From Girardia tigrina (taxonomy: Eukaryota): 51,644 nt of DNA. Each line of letters opens with the position of its first letter. The first letter of the stretch is position 1. This document shows positions 25,870-37,475 of the stretch, one piece after another. The notes under the pieces are model-generated. The model was not told the DNA's origin and did no database searches. It saw only the letters and a program-made list of their open reading frames with translations. Both the position numbers and the translations under genes were made by a program. The stretch covers positions 18,136-69,779 of the forward strand of contig MQRK01236279.1 of the NCBI GenBank assembly GCA_001938485.1. The letters run 5' to 3'.

Positions 25870-26887
25870 CAGCCCTGTTCTTAGCCATATTCTTAGAATT
25901 TCTTTGAGCTGGTTCTTGATAAACAAATGGCCATATTCCAATTTTTCCATCAAAATAATGCTTTCGATGTGCATCATAGCTTGGTCGAGCTACTGCAGCC
26001 ATGAACATTACTTTCATAATAAATCTTTTACTTTTGCAGTTTCTCTCCGATTCTTCTTCGTTTAACATTAAGTAATAAGAGCGCTTAAATTTAGTTAGAT
26101 TAAACCACTTTCCATCAATGTGAACGTAATCGTACAAATCATCAAAAAGCAAATCTCCATTAATAGCAAGACTTACTTTAGACAAGCAAAACTCCAATCT
26201 GTCTATTTCATTTTTATCTGTTAAAGTTGGTTTAACTGTAGAAGATATTCTCTTGATATACTTTCTCGACTTGAATATATCAAACAAAGTTGATTTTGGA
26301 ATTCTAATTTCGAAGGAAAGACTGCGAAGCGTTCCTCGCCGATTTAATGGTGTATTCTTTATTTGCGCTAAATTATTTGAAAAGTCTTTAGGTTTTCTTC
26401 CGCATCTTTCTTTCTTTTTTGATGAAACATCGGCATATTTTACTTTCTCTGTATTGAGTTTGTGCTGCATGCCAAATTCTACTAACGGTTAGCCTGGAAA
26501 CTCAAAACGCAGTAGCAACTTCTTTGATTGTACCGTGTTTTAGCTTATTCTCCTTCATCTGCTGTAATAATTTTTCTAATATACTTTGACGTTGTTCTTT
26601 GGTTAATTGTTTATATTTGGAATCCTTTCTTTCTAAGTTTAACAAATTTCCTTCAGAATTTTCCATACTCGTCTTGCAGCGGTATTAATTTTATTTATCT
26701 CAAGAATCACTGATGTTTGAGCGTTAAGTTTTTAATTAAGAATGATATTGCTTACGTCAAATATTACAGGTTATATTGTCATGAGTATTTACTATAACAA
26801 TGTAATGACAATTTCCAGTTTATTTTTATAATCACGATAATCTACGATTTCTGTTGAAATGTATACCATATTTCGGGACGGAGAGAG
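25870..26887 (-). mobile_element. Plant-type (DD39D-like) mariner, 3'-truncated
   Basis: VHIDGKWF...KVMFMAAVARP...FDGKIGIWPFV; terminal TA+CTCTCTCCGTCCCGAAAT resembles the Stowaway/Osmar CTCCCTCCGT TIR. The D-D spacing region itself is lost. Confidence 0.85.
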
Positions 26888-26892
26888 TATAT

Positions 26893-26966
26893 AATATGCC
26901 CTGTGGTCAGTTGATGAAATTGAAATTGACTTTGTAATTGCATATTCCGGTGATGTCATCACTACA
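26893..26966. repeat. LTR relic related to the 3810-8113 Gypsy LTR
   Basis: AATATGCCCTGTGGTCAGTT...CATATTCCGGTGATGTCAT is shared with the LTRs; ends in ACA. Confidence 0.6.
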
Positions 26967-28096
26967 AACGGTTAAAAGTTTAATTCTTTAAATGAATTGC
27001 GTTTAAACGTTTACCGTTTTTACTAAATGTGCCGACCCCTAATCGAGAAGCACTAATAGCTCTCCGAACTCAAAAAGGCTCGGTATCCACTGATTACAAC
27101 TGAGACGCGCTATTACGTCTAAATCCAGAGTGGATGGAGTCCCCCACAGTTAAGTGGCCAGGATTAGGGTAAACATCCGCAGCCATCCGGTCCACAAATA
27201 GTTGAACAGAATTTAATAAACTTTTGTACAGTAAATATAATAGGAAGAAAAATAATCTTTAGTGAAGTTTAATAAAATGTTCATTCAAAAGAAAATACAA
27301 TATTTAAAAAAAATACAAAATTTACAAAAAAATACAAAGAACTTTGCATTTAGTTACTCACTTTTTGGTCACATGAAGACTCGTTGATGTGATATTCCCC
27401 TCCACCGTTTCTTCTAACTTCTCTCTCTTAGAAATATCTATACTTTGGGAGACATTCGATCATCACGAATTTATAATAGCAATGTTGTTTCATTATCAAT
27501 AACAATATTGCTCAACATTCGGTCACAAATTTCAGCATCAGGTTAAATATTTCACAGATAAATTTTTGAAATCGTTTATCATATTTTACATAGATCAAAA
27601 ATTAGAAAGCAAACTTCTCATTCTCAGTGAGGTCAGCATATTATGAACCGTATCATAGCTACTATTTAACGTCACAATCAAGAGTTGATTGTTTTAATTT
27701 TCTCGAAATGAAGACCAATTCCTCATCTACCATTTAAGAAGACCCCCGATCTTTCACCACCTTTAATATTTCCTCTCTTGCTGAAATAGCGATTAACTCT
27801 TAAGTCTTAGACAGTGGTGATGGTAGTTCACCTAATGGTGCACGCAATTGTAGTAAAATTTGATTATGAGCAATATTTCTAAAAAGCAAAAACAAAATAA
27901 TGGTTTTCATTTGAAATGTTCATGAACATTTTTTCAAAACGTGGGCTAGAAAGCCTCTTTTAAATAGATTTTTTTTTAATTAATATCTTTTATTTTACCT
28001 AAAGTTCTGTAAACACTTAATACGCAATTTTAGTGCAAATAGCACATCATTTTATGATGACTTAGTTCAAACTTTCAATTCGCCAAATAATTTATA

Positions 28097-28336
28097 TTGG
28101 GTTGAGGAATAAGTTCCCGCCGTTTTTTGAAAAATTAAAATTTAATTTTTTAACAAAAAAAAAGTTACTACAAATTAATCACAAACATAATCTCCGCCAT
28201 TGTTCACGACTTCTTTCCAACGTTCAACGAGTTTTTCAATGCCTCTTTGGTAGAAATCGCCCTGTCTTGACTCGAAGAATTGATTAAAAATTGATTAAAA
28301 ATTCAAAAAACGGCGGAAACTTATTCCTCAACCTAA
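28097..28336 (-). mobile_element. 240-bp mariner deletion derivative (MITE-like)
   Basis: TIRs TTGGGTTGAGGAATAAGTT / AACTTATTCCTCAACCTAA with TA flanks; nearly identical to the ends of 44811-45361. Confidence 0.92.
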
Positions 28337-30124
28337 TAGATTTATTTTTAATTTAAAATTTTAACAAAATTAAATAATTACATAAAATATGAAAAGTACA
28401 TAACTTTTATAAAACTAAAAAAAATTTTTAAAGAATTTTCTAAAAAAACAAACAAAAATTAAATAATTATATAAAGCAAAAAAAGATTTTAAAAATCTTT
28501 AAAGTTTCGATTAATTACAATCGATATATTTTAATAGGAAAATAATTAGTTTGAAAACTTATTTTAAAAATAAAACTCTTTATTTATATTTTTCCTTCTC
28601 ATACATCTTCTGGCTAATTTGATCTCTTTCTATAAGAAGTTTTTGTAATGTTTGACCCCTTAAATGTATATTTATTAAAAAAAATCCAACCACAAAATAA
28701 AGAAGGAAACTAAAAATAAAAAGTTGTATTTTTAATTATTTTTATAATTTTAATAATAATTGAATTTCTAATTTTGAGAAGTTTTTTTGAGATTATTTAA
28801 ATTATTTATTTTAATTCATTTTTTACAAATATAAATATTTAATATCATTAAAATATTATTAAAAGAGTAAAATAATGTTTAAAATAATTTTTAACAGTTG
28901 TAAATAAATTTATTTTAATTATTACTTTCAATAATAAACAGATAAATGAACGAATATATTTTTTGTTTTAACAAGAACAAAAATAATGTCAACTATTTTT
29001 TTCCTTTTTTCCAGCAAAAATAAATCAAACTTACAATTTGATAAAATTAAAAATTGTATCGAATAAATTTTATTACTTATTTAACAACTTTTTTGGAGGG
29101 ACCCCTTTAGGAGAGTCAAATATTCAAAAATAGGTTTTTGGGTGAATGGTATCGTCTTTTTAATTATATCAAAAAAATAAATAAAATATAAAATTAAAGT
29201 CTTTCTGTCAGATTTAAAATCTGTTTGTATTATTGTTTTTCGACTAAATAAAAATATTTATTATGCATGTATTGTAGACTATTTTAAAGGCCTTGGATCG
29301 CACCATCGATTATTTATTCACTTTTTTTAACATGTGGAAACATCTTGAAAAATAGAAACTCGTGTTCTTTTAGACAATTACTGGAAAAAGCTTCAATGCA
29401 GAGGCAGTAAACAATGAATATATAGGAAGTGGAATGTGACAATGTGGTCTTGAATCGTCCTCAGCGAAATTGGTTTATAAAGTTTAACGACAATGACACT
29501 GACCTCAGGAACTATTTTCGGGTCTATGTCTGCAGAAAGATGTGTTTCTCTTCTAAATAAAAGACTGTGTACTTTAAAAATAAAATGTAAAGACGATTTC
29601 GTTTGTATTACAACAGATAGGGCTAGTGTAATGTAGAAAGTTGCAAAAATTCTGGGAATCGATCAACAATTATGCTTTTCTTACGCTTTACTATTGGCTG
29701 TTATACCGTAGATTTATAAAAAGGAAGAAAGACACGCAAAAGATTATAACAATTCAGGTGATGATAACATTGCCTTTTGAAATTTGGCGGATAGTGATGA
29801 TGAAATCGATTGATTGTGATTCTGAAGACGAAGATTGTTTTCAGAATTTGAATGGTTCATTTTTAAGAGAAGTTACGATTGCTGACGAAAAGATTGAACC
29901 TGTTATCACAAAGGTCAGAAAAATTGTACTTTTTTCAAAAAGTCTCCAACAAGAAATGACGATTATTTACAGAAGTACGTAAAAATTGAGTTTGGAAAGG
30001 CATTCATTTAATTATGAATTGCAAAACCAGATGGAGCAGCTTGTTGATAATGCTTGAAAGATTTGACAAGTTAAAAAATTGTTAAAAAAGTATTTTTAGA
30101 TCTAAATATAAATGATTCATTTAA

Positions 30125-32543
30125 CCGTTAACCTCATACTACCGGTCGGAGCGGCCGTGTCCACTTTTATCTATATATATCTTTTCCTAGAATTAATAAA
30201 CGTTAAAAAGGGCTTAGGTAATCTTTTAATTCCATGAAAGGATGCAAAACTTTCCGAGAAAAAATAAAAAAAAATATTTTATGACTTACACGCGTTTATA
30301 AAAGAAATCCGACATCCTCTCTTTAACGACCGCTGCGGTCGTCGAGAATCAGTTGTCGTTTGTTCTTCGCTGAAAGTGTCTGTGTCAGTTTTTGAAATTT
30401 TTAACTGTCGTTATTTTATATACCGGTATGTATATATTTATTAATCAACAATTAAAATAAATATTTAAAATCAATAACTTATCATTTTATTTATCCTTTT
30501 AATTATTGTTTTATTTATTATTTTTAGAGAAATATCCCTGAAAATGTCTCGCATCTTGAATGATGAAGAAATTCGTAAGCTAGCAGAAACCCAAAATTCG
30601 GACGAAAAATATAAATACAGTAGTGAAGAATCAAAAGATATTGATCATGTGAGTGTCAACTCTTACCACAGCGATGTTGAGAGCGAAGAAGAGTTACCAA
30701 TACGGGAGGAGTTATCAGCTGCACCTGGTAATGACAATACTCATCCTCCAGCAAAAGATCAGAGTGTGTGGTATTGTTTTCCTCAGACTTCTGGGAGGAC
30801 CCCTTCACATAATATTATTAGAGGTTTAACCAACAAAGTCATTTTACCACCGGGAACTACAATTGAGGATCCAGTAGACGCTTTTCGTTTAATTTTTCCC
30901 GATAATTTGTTGTAAATAATAACAGACATGACAAATAAGGAGGCTATCAGAGTGCACACTGAAAATGAATATAAAAAAGTGGAAACCAGTCGATAATATT
31001 GAAATAGGTGCATTTATTGGGGTGTTGTTGACAGCTGGTCATCTAAAATCGTCAGATGTTAGTATTGACAGATTATGGAGCAAAAGATACGGGCCTCCAA
31101 TTTTTCGACCGATCATGTCCAAAAATAGATATTAAATTTGTCGATTTATTAGATTCGATGATAAAAATTCAAGAAATGAAAGGCGTGTCAATGATAAACT
31201 TGCACCTATCAGAGACTTGTGGGAACGAGTAAATAATAATTTGGTAAAATTTTACATACCATCATGTAATCTAACTGTATACGAACAATTGTTTGGGTTT
31301 GATGGAAAGTGTCCATTCAAACAATATATGTCATCAAAACCAGAAAAATATGGAATAAAAATATTTTGAATCAATGATTCGCAAACCAGATTTCCATTAG
31401 GAGGGATTCCATATTTAGGAAAAGAAGGAAACCAATCAATCTCGGCTAAAAGATTGTTGAAAAATTATGCATTCCATATTACAATTCAAATCGAAATATA
31501 ACAATTGATAATTTTTTTACTTCAAAGTAATTGGCATTAAATAATAAAAGTTGTGGCCTAACTATAACTGGAAAATTGCGGAAAAATAAACCATTTATTC
31601 CCAAAATTTTTCATTCAAATCGTTCTCGGGAAGAATTTTCGACAATTTTCGGCATCACAAAGAACCTCACCTTGGCATCATATGTACCACGAAAAGGAAG
31701 AGCAGTAATTTTACTATCTACAATGCACCATAGTGATGCGATTGTGGAAGAAGATAACTACAAACCGGAAATGATAATCGATTATAACAAAACAAAAGAA
31801 GGAACTGATCTTATGGACAAAATGCTAAAAACATATACGTGCAAAAGGAAGACAAACAGATGGCCTGTTGCATTTTTTATGAATATATTAGATATTAGTG
31901 CATTGGCGGCGTATCTAACATACACGAATATTTATAAAGATTGGATGTAAAAAATGACAGAAGAAACACATTTTTGGAAAAAATAGCGAGACAATAATTT
32001 TAGCAAATTTGCAACGAAGACAGCATCAAAATTTATGTAACAAAGATTTGAAAGAAGCAATTACTTTTATAAACTGTTCAGTTGGAAACAAACGCGAAAA
32101 TTCTTCGGCACCTTCAACTTCATCTGAAAAGAAACGACGTAAACAATGCCATTTATGTGAAACGGAAAGAAGAATATTTTAATGTTGTATACGTTGCGCT
32201 CAACATACCTGTAATAATCCTGCTAAAATAATTTGTGAAAAATGTTTGAAATAATAAAAAAAAATAAAAATAAGGTAGTTTTATTTTGTGTAGATATTTG
32301 AAGAATGGCAAATAGTTTTATTTTGTGATCAGAATATATTAAGTTTATTTTGTTAGTTAATTAACATATTTTTATTTCATGAAAATAAATAAAATATAAG
32401 TAAAAAATTTAATTTTTAATGAAAAATATTATTATTGATAATTTTATTCAATTTAGCTAAGTTTAAATACGTATAAATTGATAACTGCCTCTCAGGCCGG
32501 TATACGAAGGATAACTGACAAAACAGTAGTATGAGGTTAACGG
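30125..32543 (+). mobile_element. piggyBac transposon, full length, defective
   Basis: TTAA TSD on both sides; perfect 18-bp TIRs CCGTTAACCTCATACTAC. Motifs KPEKYGIKI, NITIDNFFTS, VILLSTMH, KPEMIIDYNKTKEGTDLMD, TNRWP and a Cys-rich C-terminus. Probable 5'UTR intron 30426-30527. Confidence 0.96.
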
Positions 32544-33298
32544 TTAAAATGTACGACAATGAATATGAAATAGTATCTGATTTAGTAATACTTTTGTCCC
32601 CAGTTAAAGCTACAGTGGAAGTTCTTTGTCGTGGAGACGCAATTTTCATTACAGTTGACTCTAACTTTGCATTAGAGTTCTTGTTAACAAAAATAAAACA
32701 GTATCAGTTCGAAGTTCAACAACAATTTTATACTACTTTGAGTCATCGAATAAAAGATAGAAGAACATCACTAATTAACTTAGTTTACTACCTTCATCAT
32801 GGTCAAAATATTTCATCAAAAATATACGATGTTTTTGTACCAAACACACCTATTCAAAATAAAAAATGCTGTTAAACCCGTTAAAGTGTTTCAATGCAAC
32901 AGATACAATAACTGCATCAGACATGTATAGTGATGTTCAGAACCAGATTTTATCAGCTGAAGAATGTTGGAATAGCTTTAAAACAATTAGTGAACAATTA
33001 AATGAAGTTATAGAAAAAGGATTAAAGTCAATACGAAAACTACCAACAAGAGTGGAAAGTACAATTTATAAAATGCATAATGAAATTGTATTATTTGAAA
33101 GTGGAGGCACAAGAGGTGACCACCTTCAAAAAGTATATGATTATTTACTATCTTTTCAACCGACAAGTGTGGAGTGTGAACGAGCATTCTCAGCGCTGGT
33201 CTTCTTTACTCAAAAAATCGAAGTCGAATAAACGATAAAACCATTGATGCTTTAAGTTTTTAAGGTGACATTTTAAAAAATACAAGTTAATTGAATTA

Positions 33299-34235
33299 TT
33301 ACCACGTTTTTCTTAACTTACTTTCTTGTATGTCTGTCTGTCTGTTTGTTTGTAAATCTTGCGATCGATTTTTCGACCACTTTCAGTCATCCAATTGAGC
33401 TGAATTTTTTATACAGGTTTGGTTCCGATGACAATACAATTTGATAAAAAATTTTTTGAAAAAAAATAATTTTTTCTAATTTTTTTTGCAAAAAAACCAC
33501 TTACGATTATCTACAAATTTATACACTGTATTAAATAGCAATCTTTTCGTTTATTTTCATGAATAAAGTTTTATACAGGTTTGGTTCCGATGACAATATA
33601 ATTTGATAAAAAAATTTTTGAAAAAAAATAATTTTTTCTAATTTTTTTTGCAAAAAACCACTTACGATTATCTACAAATTTATACACTGTATTAAATAGC
33701 AATCTTTTCGTTTATTTTCATGAATGAAGTTTTATACAGGCTTGCTTCCGATGACAATACAATTTGATAAAAAATTTTTGAAAAAAAATAATTTTTTCTA
33801 ATTTTTTTTGCAAAAAACCACTTACGATTATCTACAAATTTATACACTGTATAAATAGCAATCTTTTCGTTTATTTTCATGAATGAAGTTTTATACAGGC
33901 TTGCTTCCGATGACAATACAATTTGATAAAAAAAATTTTGAAAAAAAAATTCCTAAATGATAACTAAAAANNNNNNNNNNNNNNNNNNNNNNNNNNNNNN
34001 NNNNNNNNNNNNNNNNNNNNNNNNNNNNNNNNNNNNNTATACCTAACCAAAAACGTGGGGCATAGAAATGATCGATTGTTACTAAAAAGCAGTAAAGAGA
34101 AAATAGCAGTTACTAATAGTAGTAATTCAGAAATCCGCCCCACGTTTTTGGTTAGGAATAAAATTTCTCACATGTCTAGAAAAAAATTATTTTCCTCTTT
34201 TTAGTGCACTGGTAATGCTTGAAAAACGTGGTTGT
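33299..34235. mobile_element. DINE-1/Helentron-like non-autonomous element
   Basis: 12-bp subterminal inverted repeats ACCACGTTTTTC / GAAAAACGTGGT, (GTCT)n microsatellite near the left end, GAGCTGAATTTTT core, central tandem repeats, T-rich flanks and no TSD. Confidence 0.6.
33408..33950. repeat. ~160-bp tandem repeat, ~3.3 copies, running almost up to an N gap
   Basis: ATACAGG anchors at 33411, 33573, 33734 and 33893. Confidence 0.95.
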
Positions 34236-34655
34236 TTTTATAAAAAAATTTTTTTATTAATAATATTATTCAGATTATTTTTCAAATTATGTATGTTATG
34301 TTATTTAATCATTGAATTATTTTAATTATATTTGTGGTTAAATATTTATTTTTAGTGTTTCATGAGTTTCAAACAGTTAGTTCTGATTTTTGACTTATAT
34401 ATTATAATGGTATTTAAGTTTTCATATGAATCCCGGGTATTCCCGGGACCACAATTTTCACTCCCAAAATCCTGGCATTGATTTTTTCCGGGATTTTTGC
34501 CATCCCTAATAAAAATATTTTCTTTTCTATGTAATCCATTTAATATAATGTTTCCAACGTACACCTTTCGACTTTAAGTTAAGAATTGTCAGTTTCAAGA
34601 ACTAAATTTTTGTACGATGTTCTCTTTTGTAAAATTATGAGTATAGTAAATCACT

Positions 34656-35207
34656 TCAAATGTTTTGAAAATTACTTGAACCAAAGAATTCACAATAAAC
34701 AATCTGTCTCCGGTTATTAATATACGTATAACAGTCGTCCTGCATTACATCTTCCTTCAGGCCTGTTGATGAATCTAGGGGTTTAATTCGGCTAATAACA
34801 CACTGTATCAAGAAACCCTTACTTACCTTCAAAGTAATAACATAAAATAATAACATACATGTTTATCAGACCGAATCCATTGCAAAATATGACAGTTTGA
34901 CAGCAGTGAGAAGATAATAATAGTTGAGAGGAATGAGTGACTCCCCTCATATCGGCGGAAACCGTACATATACCCACCTACATAACTTTCGCCATTTTTA
35001 CGTTGAATATATAACGAGGCCATTAAGTAGTTCGTACTTCCTTTCGGACTAATTTTTAGATATTCTCAATAAGGAGTAGCCAAACCTTACTTGGATGGGA
35101 TGACCAAGACAGATGATGTTAACGAAAACACATTCCATATATCTATCTTTCGTTCAAACCTTTAAATGACTTATTTACTCTTCAGTACGTATTAATTTTC
35201 CAAGATC
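34656..35207 (-). CDS. Putative host gene segment with very short introns, unknown product
   Basis: Removing GT-AG introns 35160-35188 (29 nt), 35049-35090 (42 nt) and 34827-34858 (32 nt) joins the frames into one stop-free peptide, SWKINTFERKIDIWNVF...GGYMYGF...DKHVSKGFLIQC...CEFFGS. Confidence 0.45.
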
Positions 35208-36108
35208 CTATTTTAATAATCATTATTCTATTTCTTTTATATATTTCAATAGTTTCCTCAGAAATGGTTAAAAGGATATATAAATATGTTATTTTTAATA
35301 TTAATTTTTAATCTAAAAATCGCTTCTCCATATTTACTTTTATTTTTTTCTTTTTTACTTTTTCCGTAAGGATCCGTTTTTAACAAGTTGTTTTAACGAT
35401 TTAACTAAATAACTTTAACTTTTGTTACTTTTTAGTTGCTTTTATTATCCTTTTTATTACTTTATTAATTTATTTGTATTCTGAATTGATGCCGTTCAAT
35501 TAGGAATACACAAATTTATACTTTTGAATTATATCGTCGAAAGATTTTTCAGACGTAAAATACTATTATGAGTATGGTCAGTTGCGTTGATATCATGTTC
35601 AATATTTGAATTAGGATTCATAATTGTCAAAATTTTTTATTAGCACAAATTAATAATTTTTATTTCAAACAAATTTGCAACTTTTTTTAACAATCGATTC
35701 GCCGGCATTTATCTTAACAATCGAATTCTGATTAAACTTCTCAAAACTGAAACTTAAAAATAATATCTAAATCGATAAAAGTTATTCTAAAATAATATAC
35801 ATTTCAAAAAATTAAAAACAATTCTTTACAAAAAATTTAAAATCGATATAATTTATTTTAAAATAATAATCATTTTAAAATTGAGGAAAACATTTTATTC
35901 TGCCATAATTAAAAGTTAATTATCGTTCAAATTTATTATTTCCAGAAATTATATACTTTAAAATATGTTTTATTTCAATTATATCTTGATTTCAATTAAA
36001 TTTCAATTAAATCTTGAAATCATAATTTAATTTAAAATATTTTTTAAAAAATTTTAAAATTAAGTTTAAATATTTTAGTCATTTCTAAATTATTAAAATT
36101 TGTCATGA

Positions 36109-36990
36109 TGTGGTTCTCATGAAAATTTACTTTTTGGCATTGCTGATATTTGGGGTTGAATTCTCGTTGTGGTTGGCTTGGTGCACATTGTCCCTTGGTT
36201 TGTGATTAATGTTTTGTTCGGAGTTGTTGTAATTATCGGTGTGGTTGCTTATGTTGTCTTCTTGATTATTGTGATTGCTGGTGTTATTGTTGTTTTGTTC
36301 TGTGTTGTTAGCGGTGGTGAAGTCGCTGAGGAAATTTTATTTGTCGCTGTTGCTCTTATTGTAGTGGTGTATATTGGAGTCATGTGCGTGCTGAGTGTTC
36401 GTTGCTGTGCATGTGTGGTGATTGTAGTGTTGCAACATCCGCGTTTCAAAAAACATTCATAATCGCTTACCTGTGTTGGATCGGTTGATCCTACTTCTGA
36501 CACCATATTGTGCTGGCCTCCGGATCAGGCTGTAAAGGCCAGTATTCGTTTCTTGCGCGGGAAGCATCGCCGATTCAATTACGACTGGCCCTCGATTGGA
36601 TCCAACGGGCACTGCGGCTTCCCGGAACGTGGATTTGTATTCATGGCCACCAGGGTAGTTCCAGGTAGTTTGCGATCGACCTAGCCCGCCGACTGTCAAC
36701 CAGAAAGTGCAACTGTGGCGACTGCATATGTTTGCCGGGCACCGCCGAAGTGTGTGAGGCGGTGGCGTTGGTAGACCAATCGTTTCGGGTCGGTGTTGTG
36801 GTCGATGTTCGCTGGTGCGGATCGTTTTCATTTTTTCATCCATACAAAAATTTATGAATTTACAAATGAAAACATAAATTTTCAAATGGATAATAATATT
36901 TATTTTAGAAAATTACAAATTTAATTTTTTTGCCCATTTTATTTAATAAATAGTTGATTTAAACAAAAGAAAATTTTCATGAGCACCACA
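36109..36990 (-). mobile_element. LTR-derived element with 26-bp terminal inverted repeats and internal PBS
   Basis: TIRs TGTGGT(T/G)CTCATGAAAATTT(A/T)CTTTT (24/26 match). Minus strand reads TGTGG...AGCACA (36990-36509), then TGGTGTCAGAAGTAGGAT. Confidence 0.6.
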
Positions 36991-37475
36991 CATAGAAAAT
37001 AAAATCAACATGCTAATAAATACCTTGGATGGTTTTCATTTAGCAATAAAGATTGATCATAGGAACACTTACTCGTTAAGAATTCTGTTACTTTGATTGA
37101 TTACACCTTCGCAGCCAGATTAAGTCAAAGATACCTAAAATAATATACAATTATGTTTGGAAATGGGCTTTGGTTGGATGTTGAGGTATTAAATGATCCC
37201 TTAGCATGACTAGGTAAGTTTAACCCGTCAAGTGTTAATTATTCCAAGCTGTGAGTTTTTGATTGCTTCTTGTTGTCTTGAATAATCCACAAAATGATGA
37301 TTGCTTGGAGAACAGAAATAAACATTCTATCTGTTAATTTTACCATTTACAAAAAACAAAATGTCGTCATTGAACAAAACAGATTGCCTATATAAAATTT
37401 AACTAATGGATATCAAATTTAATTAATGCTTATATATATATATATATAATTGATAATGATAAATCTATTTTTAAG

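Larger units (their letters stand above)
29330..34508 (+). mobile_element. hAT (Ac-like) transposon, 5'-truncated, with nested insertions
   Basis: CITTDRASVM, KVRKIV, CKTRWSSLLIMLERF, PTSVECERAFS. Right TIR GGGATTTTTGCCATCCCTA (rc TAGGGATGGC) has subterminal TCCCGGG repeats. The left boundary is approximate. Confidence 0.82.

Noticed and set aside
27350-27880. Exon-like minus-strand frame with many in-frame stops, suggesting stop-codon reassignment or C-to-T hypermutation
   Set aside because: About 9 stops in ~110 codons is near chance for this AT content. All three stop types occur, and the 400-codon host ORF contains none.
33408-33950. Regularly spaced repeats resembling a CRISPR array
   Set aside because: The whole ~160-bp unit repeats, there are no unique spacers or cas genes, and the context is eukaryotic.
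36169-36462. Very hydrophobic ORF resembling a membrane protein
   Set aside because: It is the antisense reading of an ACA-rich retroelement leader; GTT/TGT repeats give Val/Cys/Leu automatically.
36488-36505. tRNA-Leu gene
   Set aside because: Only the 18-nt complement of the 3' end including CCA is present, with no cloverleaf; it is a PBS.
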